DNA of 47,796 nt, filler included, from Jimgerdemannia flammicorona (taxonomy: Eukaryota): the NCBI GenBank assembly GCA_003990765.1. It is 2 parts of 2 records of this genome, joined end to end, with 100 filler letters (N's around TTAATTAATTAA, not from the genome) between each part and the next. Parts side by side here need not be neighbours in the genome. Positions count along the whole stretch, not along the records: positions 23,953 to 47,796 come from RBNJ01001053.1; 1 more part is not named here. The stretch is one strand, 5' to 3'. Both the position numbers and the translations under genes were made by a program. The notes beneath the pieces are model-generated. The model saw nothing but the letters and a program-made list of their open reading frames with translations. It had not been told where the DNA came from and did not search any database. This document shows, piece after piece, positions 35,750 to 47,796 of the stretch. Numbering within the stretch: the stretch's first letter is position 1; every line of letters begins with the position of its first letter.

Positions 35750-36940
35750 ATATACCTGGAGAAACCATCAGCCACATGGTTGGTTTTGCCTGGGATATAC
35801 TTGATTTCCATATCAAAGTTAGCAATGATCTCCATCCAGTGGGCTTGTCTGTGGGTCAGAATAGGCTGTGTATGAATATACCACAGTGCATGGTGGTTAG
35901 TGTAGGCTACAAATGGCTGTCCTAGGAGGAAATGGTGCCATTCCTGGAGTGCAGTGACAATAGCCAGAAGTTCCTTCTCATGGGTGGTACATATACTGAG
36001 TCTCAGCTAGCTTGAGCTTTTGGGAAAGGTAGGCCACTGGGCGGTCTTCTTGACTGAGTACTACTCCAATAGTAATGTCAGAGGCATCTGTGGTCAGAGT
36101 GAATGGTCTGGTAGGGTCAGGTACAATTAGCACTGGGGCCTTGGTAAGGAGTCTCTTGAGATAGTCCATAGTCAGAGTGCATTCAGGGGTCCATTCAGCT
36201 TTGATGTTCACTCCTTTGTGGGCCAGATGGGTTAATGGAGCTGCAATAGTAGAGTATCCTTGGATAATCCTTCAGTAATAACCGGCAATACCCAGAAAGT
36301 GCTGGAGTAGCTTGAGGGTAGTAGGGATAGGGATATCCTTAAGAGCTGATACCTTTTGGGGGTCCACATTGATACCTTCAGCAGAGATGATGTATCCTAG
36401 ATATTCAATCTGGTCTTGGTAGAACTTACATTTGCTCATCTTGGCATAGAGCTGGTGTTCTCACAGGAGGGTCAGTACTTGTCTGAGATGGGTGTAGTGT
36501 AGCTCTACTGTCTTGCTGTAGATTAGTATATCATCAATATACACAAGGACACAGATGTTGAGGAGTGGTCTAAAGATGTTATTCATCAGATACTAGAATG
36601 TTGCTGGTGTGTTGGTCAATCCAAAAGGCATGACTTGGAACTGGTAGTATTCAAACCATATTTAAAAAGCTGTCTTCTTAATATCCTTCTCATCAATGAG
36701 AATCTGGTGGTAGCCATTTCACAAATCCAGTAGAGAAAAGGGTTTGGCCTTGAAGATTTGGTGTAGCAACTCATCAATCCTGGGCAAGGTATACTGGTTC
36801 TTGATAGTGATCTTATTGAGGGCTCTGTAGTCAATATACATTCGCAGAGAGCCATTCTTCTTCTTGACAAATAGAATGGGGGCTCCAAATGGAGAGCAGC
36901 TGGGTTCAATATATCCTTGGGCCAGTAGTTTGGTCAATTC
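35750..36940 (-). pseudogene. pol: Element C reverse transcriptase and RNase H
   Basis: [60 protein letters not shown]. Confidence 0.95.
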
Positions 36941-37289
36941 ATCCTTAAGAGTTTTGAGCTCAGGTTGGGCCAGTTGGTAGATACTCTTGTATGGGGGTTC
37001 AGATCCTGGAATAAGATCAATTCCATGTTGGATTTAGTGCTTGGGTGGAAGTCCTTGAGGATCTTGGAATACATCTTGGAATTCTTCAAACAGTTCTTGA
37101 GCTTCTGTTGGAATTGGGCTGCTTGTAGCTTCAGTGACTTCTTGTACTGTACAGATGAAGTAGGTGTTTCCCTTTTTTCGAGAGAGTCTCTTCATTTGAA
37201 TAGCAGAGATGATTTCAATTCCTTAGTGGTTGGTACCTTCCTGGGGTGTCAGGGTGATCTTTCTGCCTTCGTGGGTCAGGTTAACCTCA

Positions 37290-37600
37290 TTGGTTCTCCA
37301 GTTGATGTCTGGGTTGTGCTGGGTCAACCAGGCTTTTCCCAAGATAATATCTTGTCCTGGAAGGTCTACAATGCTGAAATCTAACTTCTCTTGATATTTG
37401 CCAATCTTGAGCAAAAGGTCTTCACAGATCTTGGTCAATGGTGCAGTCTTTCCATCACCAAAGGTAACACTTCTTTTCTCAGTAGTTGGTCCGCTTTGGA
37501 CTCCAATCCTCTTGACAGTCTTGGTGCTGATGTAGTTTCCGGTAGCACCACTATCAAGCAAGACATTGACATTTTGTCTGTGGACTTGGTCTGTGAACTT
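37290..37600 (-). pseudogene. Element C aspartic protease
   Basis: VLLDSGATGNYI and DIILGKAWLTQHNPDINW. Confidence 0.92.
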
Positions 37601-37759
37601 GATGCAACTGTTCTCCTTCTTGATGGTATTGAGCTCTTCATCCTCATTGTTATCCCAATTGCTGTCAGTCTCCTCGAAGTCAGTTTCTCCCCATCCTTCA
37701 TAAGGAGAGTTGTCTTGTTTGGGTTTCTCAGTCTGTTGAGCTTGGTGCTTCTCGGATTG

Positions 37760-37885
37760 AATTTTGAAAACTTTGGAGAGGCATGTATGGCATTCACCAA
37801 CATGTTCCATACAGTACCTTTGAATAGAATGAGAGCATCATCTACATAGTGCATAACCATCTGCAATTCTCTTGTACCAGTTTTC
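37760..37885 (-). other. Cys/His-rich module in element C polyprotein
   Basis: ENWYKRIADGYALCR*CSHSIQRYCMEHVGECHTCLSKVFKI. Confidence 0.7.
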
Positions 37886-37933
37886 ATCATCTTCCTTCAT
37901 GGTAGTAACCTTTTGACTGGAAGGTTTGTTGAT

Positions 37934-38345
37934 AGATCCAAACCCTTTCTTGCCATGATCTGTCTGGGAGAGTTCAGGGACTTCTTCAATGGTGAGATCT
38001 TGATGGATTTCTTCAATGATTGCTTGGGCAATTCTTTGGCCTGCTTTGACTTCAAATGATGTGTCTCCAAAATTTCACAAGATAACATGGATTTCACCAG
38101 TAAATCCTTGGTCAACTACTCCTCTGCTTAGCCCAATGTTGAACTCTTTGGCTAGGCTACTTTGCTCAGTAAGGTGGATATATGTACCTCTGAGAGCTTG
38201 TATTGCAATTCCTGTTTACACTGTAGCATTGGTACTTGGTGGGATGGTGAGATCTTGGCTGCTATAGAGGTCATATCCAGCATCAGTTGGGTGGGCCTTA
38301 GTGGGGATGGTAGCCTTGTACCATATCTTCTGTACTTTGATGACA
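37934..38345 (-). pseudogene. dut: Element C dUTPase domain (between NC knuckle and PR)
   Basis: PTKAHPTDAGYDL, QSSLA, GVVDQGFTGEIHV, GQRIAQ, HGKKGFGS. Confidence 0.93.
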
Positions 38346-38429
38346 TTCTCGAGGTTCTTCTTTCCTGGGCCTTCTCCAATGACAGTAATGTTCTGGTTAC
38401 TGGGTTTGCCTGTTCTATTCTTCTTCTCA

Positions 38430-40250
38430 GGGCATCTGAATGAGATGTGTCCTGTCTTCTTGCAGATGAAACACAATCCTTTTTCATAGAGCTGCTTTTT
38501 TTCATCCTCGGTGGGAGGTCTGGGTCCTCTGGGATTTCACTGGTTCCTTTGATCATTCCTATGATCATATCTTTGGTCATTTCTTTGATCATTTCTCCTG
38601 GTAGAATTTCTCCTATCCTGGTTATTCTTCTTGTATTCTTGATTTCATGGGGCTTATGCAGCAAGGATTTCGCAGGCTCTTCTTTATACTTGGGAAAAGC
38701 ACCATGAGTAGTGGGGACATTCTTGGGGAAGACCTTGTTCCTTGATCTTCTGGGTGAGCCAGTCTGGTAGGGCTGCAAAAAGATGGTTGGCTCTGGTACC
38801 ATTGATGGCCAAATTGTTCTCCTGATAGGTAAGTCCAATAGTTTTGAGATAGGCATCCATTCTGGTAGCAAAGGTCTCTAGATCCTCTTCGCCATTCTTG
38901 TTGAACTTCATCTGGGATAGTTTGTTCCAAGTTTCTTGTATGTAGGCTGCATTTCAGAATTTGGTCAGTAGCAAGGCCTTGAGTCCTGGGCCTGCTTCAT
39001 GGTCATCCCAACCTGGTCTATTGTTGCCAGGTACTTGTCCATTGACTTGAGGGTGGGCTTCCCAGGTTACTGGGTATTGTTCCAAGGTTCACCAGAATTC
39101 AGCTGCTGTTCTAGTGAAGAATGTGGCTACTGTTTCTACTTGTGCTGCTGATGTGGCAAACAGCTGTGGAAGGGTGCTGTTCTGGTTGTTGGTGAGCATT
39201 CCTATAGGTACTCGGTTATCATTCCATTGGTTTGCTCGGTAGCCTGTGTCAACTGCATTGATGAAGTTTTCGATGTCACTGTTTTTTCCACTGAATGTTG
39301 GAGTTCGCAAGGTCTTGGTTGATTTGTTCTGTTCAGCAATCTGTCCTACTATCCCTGCTAGTGCTGCTAGCTGGGTGGTCAGTGCTGTAATATTGGCATC
39401 TATCATTGTGTTGACTATTGGTGGTGGACCTGTTGGGGTAGATTCTCCTGAAGATTGTTCTGCTTGGTGGGGTTGTGGTGCTGTATGACTTGGAGTTACT
39501 TGATTCCTGGATATTAAGTCAAAGAGTCCTGTGAGAGAGGGTAAACCAAACCTCTGTATAGGTGGCTGGGTTGGTTCTGGGGTCTGATCTTCTTGACCTG
39601 TGGTTCCTTGATAGATTCCTAGGCCTGCTGTTCCTCGTTGACTATCATCAGACTGGTAACCTGTAGAGTCTTTGTCTGACTCCCTTCCCTGATGAGATAG
39701 TGCATCCTCATACTGACTAGGTCCTTCAAAGAGGATATCAGTCTCTGGCTGGGTAGTTGGGCCTGCTTCTTGTTCAGTAGTAGGAGATGGTTGGCCTGCT
39801 TGCTTGTTCTCATACCTAGTTATGGCAGAGGTGTAGTATACAACTAGCCTGTAGTAGAGGGAGGTCTTGGTAGGGGTATGATGGTATCTGTCAGAGGCAA
39901 TCCACTCGGCAGCTGCTTCTCTTGCAGCAGAGGGTGTGATATAATCTAAAAAATCCTGAGTGGCTGCAGCAGTAGATTCTGGGGTTCTAGTAGTTCCAAT
40001 GTGTCCTTGGAGGAGTTCGTAGAACCTACGGCGGCTAACAATATTCCTAAGTCCTGGGTGGTATGTCCTAAAGGCCTGTTATAGATCCTTGTAAGCCTGA
40101 TCAATTACAAGCTGGTGGGTCCTTGGGTCTGTGGTTTCCTGGTACCACCTGGTCCTAATGGCAAGGGCTTCTCTGGCTCTGGTTTGAGGATCCACAGTTG
40201 GTTCTGGGGGTTACTCCTGTCCAAGGTTGGTCTTGTTCCAACTTCAGGAG
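38430..40250 (-). pseudogene. gag: Element C gag with long N-terminal extension and CCHC knuckle
   Basis: LRTPTFSGKNSDIENFINAV, EDLETFATRM, knuckle CFICKKTGHISFRC near 38435-38476. The start is uncertain. Confidence 0.82.
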
Positions 40251-40281
40251 TATGTTCTTTGGTGCCTTTTTGGCTGGTAAA

Positions 40282-40293
40282 CCACTGCTACCA
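40282..40293 (-). promoter_or_regulatory. Primer-binding site of element C, initiator-Met tRNA type
   Basis: Minus strand TGGTAGCAGTGG, 3 nt inside the 5' LTR boundary; TGGTAGC is the usual iMet-type PBS start. Confidence 0.75.
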
Positions 40294-40296
40294 AGT

Positions 40297-41121
40297 TGTA
40301 ATAACTCTCACTTCTACCCCTCTCTTATCCTTTGGATAATTAGGGAAGTGGACTATTACTTAGTGACTTAGTACACAATGTGTACCAAGAAGCCTTCAGT
40401 TTGAGGAAGTGCTTACTTAAAGTAGTTGTAGCAGCAGTGCCTTATCTTTCAAAGGTCTTTCTCTAGTTTGCCTTCTGTTTCAAAGGTCTTTCTCTTGTGC
40501 TCTATTTCGAGGGTCTTGTTCTTTGCTATACACAGACTGAATTTACCTTGGAATTCAGGTTCAATGGGTTTACTTAAGTCTTTGGGAATTTATATACCAG
40601 TCTCAGTTCTGGCAGAAGTTAGCTAGACTTCTGGAGTTTAGTCAGAAACACTAGAGTCACTTAGGTGTTATTACTAAGACTCAGGAGAATGTGTGTGTGT
40701 GGAGGGGGACTTGATTCTTGTATCAAGGACTGAACTAAAACTACTTTATTTCGGATGGAAACTGGGGGATATTTATACAAGTTGGTCCACGATTTCTGAC
40801 TAAGTATGAGTAACTAATTTGGTAACTATAATGAGGTTTGTGATCGCAACCTTTGTCAGGTGGTTTTTGGTAAAAAATATCTTTGTGATCAGGACCTCAA
40901 TTACTAGACAATGATCAGCAGCTATGGCAACTGTTGCTGTGGCACCAGTTGTCAGGGATAAGCTAAATATTGTTTTCACATTATTCATTTGCATTGTTCA
41001 TTCATTTGTCACTCGTTATTTATATGCCACACTCAATCATACAATGATGTCATTATTGGGTCACATGATCGTTTGTGATCGCTCATCACATCCCATCTGT
41101 TCACTCATTTGTTCTATTACA
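40297..41121 (-). repeat. Element C 5' LTR (825 bp)
   Basis: Matches 31954-32779. Confidence 0.95.
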
Positions 41122-41126
41122 GAATG

Positions 41127-41536
41127 CCCCATATAAGAAAGCCTGCACTACACAGAGATCGTTATACAGAAATCACATAAAGAGAACTGCTAAATTGCCA
41201 GACTATCATGCATAAGATTGTCATGCTACACAGAAATCGCCCCTACTCAAGAAGGAAACTGCTTGTACTATATACAAATTCTGCCATTCCCAGTTAACTC
41301 AAGAAGGAAACCCATTTACACAAATCACCACTATATCTAAAGAACCATCCCAATTAGGAAATTGATATACAAATTGCTTGCAGATATCCAGCTTTGACTA
41401 TTATACCACTAAACACCAAGGACCTCAGGAATCTTAGAACATTTTATTGCTTTTTGACAAAGTAACTGAGGGCTCAAGTCAAACTACATCAACCCCCAAT
41501 CTTGTAATTTGCCTCCATTGAGCCAGGCATGTTATA
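41127..41536 (+). repeat. Element B 3' LTR, right part
   Basis: Continues after C's TSD; ends TGTTATA, a C>T version of TGTTACA (inverse of the TGTAACA start); similar to 11400-11470. Confidence 0.7.
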
Positions 41537-42737
41537 ATAGTATCTCAACTATATTAGACAGAAATCTCATTAGAAGAATTAACTTCTACAGTACTCTCAG
41601 TAATAATTATAATAACTGACAGTTATATCTAAGTATAAACTCAGCTTTGACAGAAATAGTAGACCAGATCTATTTAAAAAAAAAATAAGCCAGATAGCTG
41701 AATAGAATAAATTCACTAAAATCTTATAAATTCTAATCTTTTGTAAAAAGAATAGTAATATTGAAAGTTTATCAATATATATAGTTGACATAAGATATTA
41801 TACTAACTAGTAGAATGATAACTGAGTACTCTCCAGAATACTTACTAATAATGTAGATAGTATACTTTAATAACTATTTACCACTTTTGCAATCTAAGTA
41901 GAAATAGTTATAATCTTTTTCTCAGGAATAACAGCTGAGTTCCAATATACTCTAGAAGAATATTTAGTAATCTAAGAAGATTACTCTCAAGTTGATATAT
42001 AGAATCTAATCAATAATAAACTAGAATAAAATAATCATAATATAGCTCTCAGACTTAAGACTCTTCTACTAAATAAGTTCTGAAATATAGTCTATATTGA
42101 GAAATTTAGAATAAGTTAGCTCATATAAAGTTTTATAAAAATGATAAGGAGGATCTCAAAATCTTTATTACTAGGATCAACTATCTCTTTACAATTTTAC
42201 CAGATTGTCTTATCTAGAAGATTAAGAAATAAGATCTTTCTTAAGAATATAGATAATACTAATAGTATTTTGCCCAAGTCTAATATAGAGTCTATAAAAT
42301 TCTAGCTGCTCAGGTCTTATGAAACCAAGAGTCTAGAAAGAACTAATAAGATAAAAGAACTATCTCATCTAGAACTATAATCCAAGATCAGCCAAAAGAA
42401 CTATAGAAGGACTAAGATATAAAGTAATAATAAATAAAGACAGCTTTATGATAAGGGTCTATACTTTATTTATTAGAAAAAAGAATATACATATTCTATA
42501 AATATTTAGAAAAGAAGAATAAAAACTTATTTAATAACTGAGAAAATATAGCATCACTATAATTAGAGAAGAACTAGGTAGAAAAAACTCAGAAAATATT
42601 ATCAAGATATAAAAGATATTCTATAAGACCACTATCCTTACTAAGATATATCCAACTAATATAAGGATCTCACTATCCTATTAAACTCAAATATAATAAT
42701 ATAAACTGATATTAGTATATAAGTCTCTAAGAAAATC
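41537..42737 (+). mobile_element. C': heavily decayed C-family gag to dUTPase fragment
   Basis: KKNSENIIKI*KIFYKTTILTKIYPTNI versus C's KKNLENVIKVQKIWYKATIPTKAHPTDA; 41690-41830 aligns with C's capsid start. Confidence 0.8.
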
Positions 42738-45399
42738 TGTAATAGTTGATTTGAATTAAAAACATAAATCAAAGAAATAGATATTTGATTATAATATCTA
42801 AATCTGATTCTCAAATATAGCATAGCCTTATAAATAGTAGCCATATTTTGCAAACATAGAAAACTTTGGCAATTGCTAAAGATTCTACAGATGCTGAAAT
42901 CCTTACAATTACTAAAGATTTTACAGATACCAAAAAATGTAATACTTGTAAAAAGTGACTCATAACTTAGCCACCTTATAGCTAGCAAACTTGTATAAAT
43001 ATCTCCAATATATAGAGTAAATAAACCTCAAATTGAAATAGTTTAAAACAAAAAGGAAGCAAGAGAACCATTAAACCTGCAGACAGATATACTTTGAACT
43101 CACCCACTTCTATATTCTAAGGACTATAAGGAGTTAAAGAAGATTAAGTTTTTAAGATATAGAAATCCAATATACTTACCCAGTTATACATCTACTATAT
43201 TATAACTTAGTTCTTATTGACTGGTGATTTAAGATGAATCTCTCACTTTTAAGCTAAATAATAAATAACTACTATCACCCAAATAGCTATATAAATTAAA
43301 TCAAGACATTCAGATAATATAGACATGAGACTACTAGTATTTTATAGATATATTTCAGATGAATCAATCATTACCTTCATTGATAATTTTGAGCAATTTA
43401 TTGCTATAAGAACTCTGACAGTAAGACAGTAAGTAGCTCTTATACTCTTTAGTCTCTGAGGACTAGCAAGAGCAGTATTCATAGCTATAACCTATATGGG
43501 AAATAATGATGATGTCATGCTAGTAGCACAGAAGGCCTGGCTTTGAGCCACCTACTATATAGATGAGATTGAGTAAGCTCTGAAGAATTAGCTTAATATA
43601 ATATATTAAGAAATGAGTGAGGATCCAAATATATTCTATATCAGAATTCAATATCAGATAATTCTTACTAATTATACTAATACTATCTGAGATCAAGTAG
43701 CTGAAGCAATCTTTATAAAAGAAGTATATCCAGAGATAGCCATGGCTATCTACTTATTACCAGTAGTCTTGAACCTACTATAGAAGATCACTTATGTCTA
43801 GTAATACTGGATAGCCAGACATCTATAAGACTATATAATGAAAAGAGTTACTGGAGTCAGAATTGAAGCACCTAAGACAACTATATAATTCCTACTATAG
43901 TGATCAATTAAAATATACCTCAGCAAAGAGCTACTGAGTAGTAGAGAAATAGTAACTCTATAGAGAAACTTGCTAAGAAGTTTGTCAAAATAACTACTCA
44001 TCTAAGAGATGTGGTAAAGGAAATTAGAGGAAGAGACTACTATCTAGTTCAGAAGTTTGCTACTATCTCAGACAGGAAGAGAAGTACCTGCTATATCTGT
44101 AGAGAAGAAGGCCACTACTCATATGAATATATAAGTGAAATCAAGTATAAGGCCTAGCCAAGCAATGCTACTCAAAATAAGAAACAGATCAACATCATCA
44201 TCTTTAAGGAGATTGGAGAATCAGATAAAGAAGAATGAGAAGTCTATTCTACTGAAACTGTTTAGAAGGATATCTATAAGTAATCTTACAAGAGATCACC
44301 AAAAAGACCCAAGAAGAATCCTGTAGATAGAGGTTGCTATAGAAAGTCAAGCTGAAGAGATAGATCAAGATATAGAACTAGAATAGACTATTCAAGATAT
44401 TATTTAAGGAACTACTCTAGCCAGTGAAGGAGAAAAAGAGAAGAAGCTTCACAAAACCAAGACCTTCAAGTATAATATCTTCAAGAACCTTAGTCAATAG
44501 AGGGTCAATATAACCTTTGGCCAGCTGATAGAAATCTCCACATTTAGACAGCAAATGAGATATAGACTTATCAAGACAACTAAGAAGCAAGGTTGGAAGA
44601 TAACTGAGGCTAACAATATTCAAAAAGACTCAGGAGAAGAGAGTAAAGATAATTATAAAACATCTGCCTATATAATCTATCAAATTGAAGATAGAATCTT
44701 TAAGGCCATTATTGATATAAAAGTAAAAGGTTGTCCTCTCAGTAAGAAAGCAGCAGACTGCCTAGGTTGAGAGGTTGAAGAAGTAATCAAATTAGTGTTC
44801 ATTACAATAGATAGTATAAGAGCTATATCTTTAGAAAGATCTGAGATGTTCTCATCAAGTTTGGAGGAGCAATAATCTCAGTAGATGTGATTATAGTCAA
44901 TACAACCAACTATAATATCCTCATCAGTAACCAGTAACTTCATAAAGTCAGAGCAATAATTAATCTCAATATCCAGAAGATACAGATTATCTATAGAGGT
45001 TAGAAGATGTGAATTTCCATCAATATCAATAAAGAAGTACTGCCTGAGATAGAGAAAGAAGTAAGTAAGAAGAAGTATATATGTATGATGACTACTCAGA
45101 AAAAGAAGAAGAAAGTCAGATGGATCAGTAAAGAAGAATAGTGCAAAAGAATCATTGAAGAATATATACTACAAGAAGTCTACTCTCATAGAATCAAGAT
45201 ATACTGCATAAAATATATTGATGATTACTACTAGTATATTAGCAGAATTAAGAAAATCTATTATGAAAGAAGACAGAAGACCCTTGAGAAACAGACAAGA
45301 CAAGAAAAGGAGGAGGAAGAGGATGATGAACTACCAGCCCTCCTAGAAGACAGTAATAATGAAGGAGAAATCAAGATCAAGATTCAGAAAATCCACTCT
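42738..45399 (+). mobile_element. Element D: decayed A-related gypsy fragment (short LTR, PBS, gag, PR, Cys/His relic, dUTPase start)
   Basis: Probable LTR 42738-43204 (TGTAAT...ATTATA); 43205-43256 parallels A's PBS and leader; DESIITFIDNFEQF, CYICREEGHYSYEY, FKAIIDIKVKGCPLS. Confidence 0.82.
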
Positions 45400-47772
45400 T
45401 ATACTTGATTTCTATATCAAAGTTGGCAATGATTTCCATCCAGTGGGCTTGTCTGTGGGTCAGCATGAACTGTGTGTAGATGTACCACAGAGTATGGTGA
45501 TCAGTATAGGCTACAAATAGTTATCCTAGGAGGAAATGACATCATTCCTGAAGTGCAGTGATAATGGCCAGGAGTTTCTTCTTATAGGTAGTATACTAGA
45601 TCTTAACTAGCTTGAGCTTTTGGGAAAGGTAGGCTACTGAGTGATCTTCTTAGCTGAGCGCTGTCCTAATGGTAATATCAGAAACATCTGTAGTCAGAGT
45701 GAATGGTCTAGTAGAGTCAGGTGCAATTAGCACTGGGGCCTTGGTAAGGAGTCTTTTGAGATGGTCTATAGCCTGGATATATTTGGGAGTCTATTCAGTC
45801 TTGATGTTTACTCCTTTGTAGACCAGACTGGTTAGTGGAGCTACAATAGCAGAGTATCCTTGGATGAATCTTCAGTAGTAATCAGCAATACCCAGAAAGT
45901 ACTGGAGTAGCTTGAGGGTAGTGGGGATAGGAATGTCCTTAAGGGCTGATACTTTTTAGGGGTCTATATTGATATCTTCAGCAGAGATAATATGTCCTAG
46001 GTACTCAATCTGGTCTTGATAGAACTTACACTTGCTCATCTTGATATAGAGCTGGTGTTCTCACAGAAGAGTCAGTATCTGTCTGAGGTGGGTGTAGTAT
46101 AACTCTACTATTTCACTATAGATTAGTATATCATCAATATATACAAGGACATGAATGTTGAGAAGTGGTCCAGGAATATTGCTAGTATATTGGTCAAACC
46201 AAAAGGTATGACTTGGAACTAATAGTATCCAAACTATATTCAGAAAGCTGTTTTTTTGATATCCTTCTCATCAATGAGAATCTAGTGGTAGTCATTTTAC
46301 AAGTCTAGTAGAGAAAAGATCTTGATCTTGAAGATTTGATGCAATAACTCATCAATACTAGACAGAGTATACTGGTTCTTGATAGTGATCTTGTTGAGAT
46401 CTCTGTAGTCAATACACATTCACAGAAAGCCATCCTTCTTTTTGACAAATAGAATGGGGGCTCCAAATAGAGAGCAGTTGGGCTCAATATATTCTTGGGC
46501 CAATATTTTAGTCAACTTATCCTTAAGGGTCTTGAGTTCAGGTTGGGCTAGTTGATAAATACTGAGAGTTTAGATTCTGGAATGAGATCAATTTCATATT
46601 GGATTTGGTGCTTGGGTAGAAGTCCTTGAGAGTCCTGGAATATATCTTGAAATTTCTCAAATAGTTCTTGAGCTTCTGTTGGAATTGAGCTACTCAGAGC
46701 TTTAGTGACTTCTTGTATAGTATAGATGAAGTAAGTGTTTCCTTTTTTTTAAGAGAGTCTCTTCATTTGGATGGTAGAGATGATTTCAATTCCTTGATTG
46801 TTGGTACCTTCTTGGGGTATCAGGGTGATCTTTCTGCCTTCATAAATCAGATTAACCTCATTGATCCTCTAGTTGATATCTGGGTTGTGCTGGATCAACC
46901 AGACTTTTCTTAGGATAATATCTTGTCCTGGGAGATCTACAATACTGAAGTCTAACTTCTCTTGATATTTGCCAATTTTGAGCAAAAGGTCTTCACAGAT
47001 CTTGGTCAGTGGTGTAGTCTTACCATCACTAAAGATAACACTTCTTTTCTTAGTAGTTGGTCTGCTTTGAGCTCCAATCCTCTTGGCAGTCTTGGTGCTG
47101 ATATAGTTTCCAGTAGCATTACTATCAAGCAAGACATTGACATTCTGTCTGTGAACTTGGCCTGTGAACTTGATGCAACTGTTCTTCTTTTTGATAGTAT
47201 TGAGCTCTTTATCCTCATTATTATCTCAATTGCTATCAGTCTCCTCAAAGTCAGTTTCTCCCTATTCTTCATAAGGAGAGTGGTCTTATTTGGGTTCCTC
47301 AGTCTGTTGGGCCTGGTTTCTTTCAGAATTGATTTTGAAAACCTTTAAGAGATATATATAGTATTTACTAACATGTTCCATACAGTACATTTGGATAGAA
47401 TGAGGGCATTGTCCACATAGTACATAACTATCTATAATTCTCTTATACTAGTTTTCATCATCTTCCTTCATGGTAGTGACCTTTTGACTAGGAGGTTTGT
47501 TGGTTGATCCAAACTCTTTCTTGTCACAATCTGTCTGGAAGAGCTTGGAGACTTCTTCAATAATGAGATTTTGATGGATTTCTTCAATAATTGCTTGAGC
47601 AATTCTTTGACTTCAAATGAGGTGTCTCTAAAATTTCACAAGATGATATGGATTTTACCAGTAAATTCTTAGTCAACTACTCCTCCTCCTAGCCCAATGT
47701 TGAATTCTTTGGCTGGACTGCTTCACTTAGCAAGATGGATATATGTACTTTTGGGAGCTTATATTATAATCT
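45400..47772 (-). mobile_element. E: second C-family fragment (dUTPase-Cys/His-PR-RT-RH)
   Basis: Collinear with 35797-38205 at DNA level, with small deletions; [23 protein letters not shown]; runs into the terminal poly-T. Confidence 0.92.
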
Positions 47773-47796
47773 CTTTTTTTTTTTTTTTTTTTTTTT

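Larger units (their letters stand above)
31954..41121 (-). mobile_element. Element C: full-length decayed chromodomain-bearing Ty3/gypsy element (gag-NC-dUTPase-Cys/His-PR-RT-RH-IN-chromo-extra ORF)
   Basis: LTRs 31954-32779 and 40297-41121 (TGTAAT...ATTACA); TSD GAATG at 31949-31953 and 41122-41126; PBS and PPT on the minus strand. Confidence 0.96.
24169..41536 (+). mobile_element. Element B: 5'-truncated Ty3/gypsy element whose 3' LTR is split by element C
   Basis: gag-PR-spacer-dUTPase-RT-RH-IN-extra ORF; PPT-like AGTAGGGGCTGA; LTR from TGTAACA (31102) to probable end TGTTATA (41536). Confidence 0.88.

Noticed and set aside
34286..38707. Many plus-strand ORFs opposite element C, and minus-strand ORFs opposite A and B
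   Set aside because: Antisense shadows of gag-pol with no recognisable motifs.

Overview
Eukaryotic DNA, probably fungal (GT..AG introns, decayed repeats). Two pieces are joined by an artificial 100-bp spacer at 23853-23952 (44 N + TTAATTAATTAA + 44 N), so the two halves need not be neighbours in the genome. Most of the window is a nest of decayed Ty3/gypsy LTR retrotransposons, depleted of CpG and full of C>T and G>A stops. Element A (1287-10144, +) is complete with a 4-bp TSD. Element B (24169-41536, +) is 5'-truncated. Chromodomain element C (31954-41121, -) has a 5-bp TSD and sits inside B's LTR. Further fragments (C', D, E) and a hAT transposase remnant are also present. Between about 11.7 and 21.4 kb lies a host-like island with an intron-containing, decaying ferritin-like gene. 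The main signal is that three different gypsy lineages share an accessory set: (1) a dUTPase, at two different polyprotein positions; (2) an unrecognised Cys/His module next to it; (3) an extra ~275-285 aa ORF of unknown function with its own TATA box. That ORF lies inside both LTRs of A but between the chromodomain and PPT in C, with a remote shorter relative in B. Four LTR families also share TATA-(18-19 nt)-AATAAA spacing. All calls come from reading motifs by eye; no searches were run, and internal domain boundaries are approximate.
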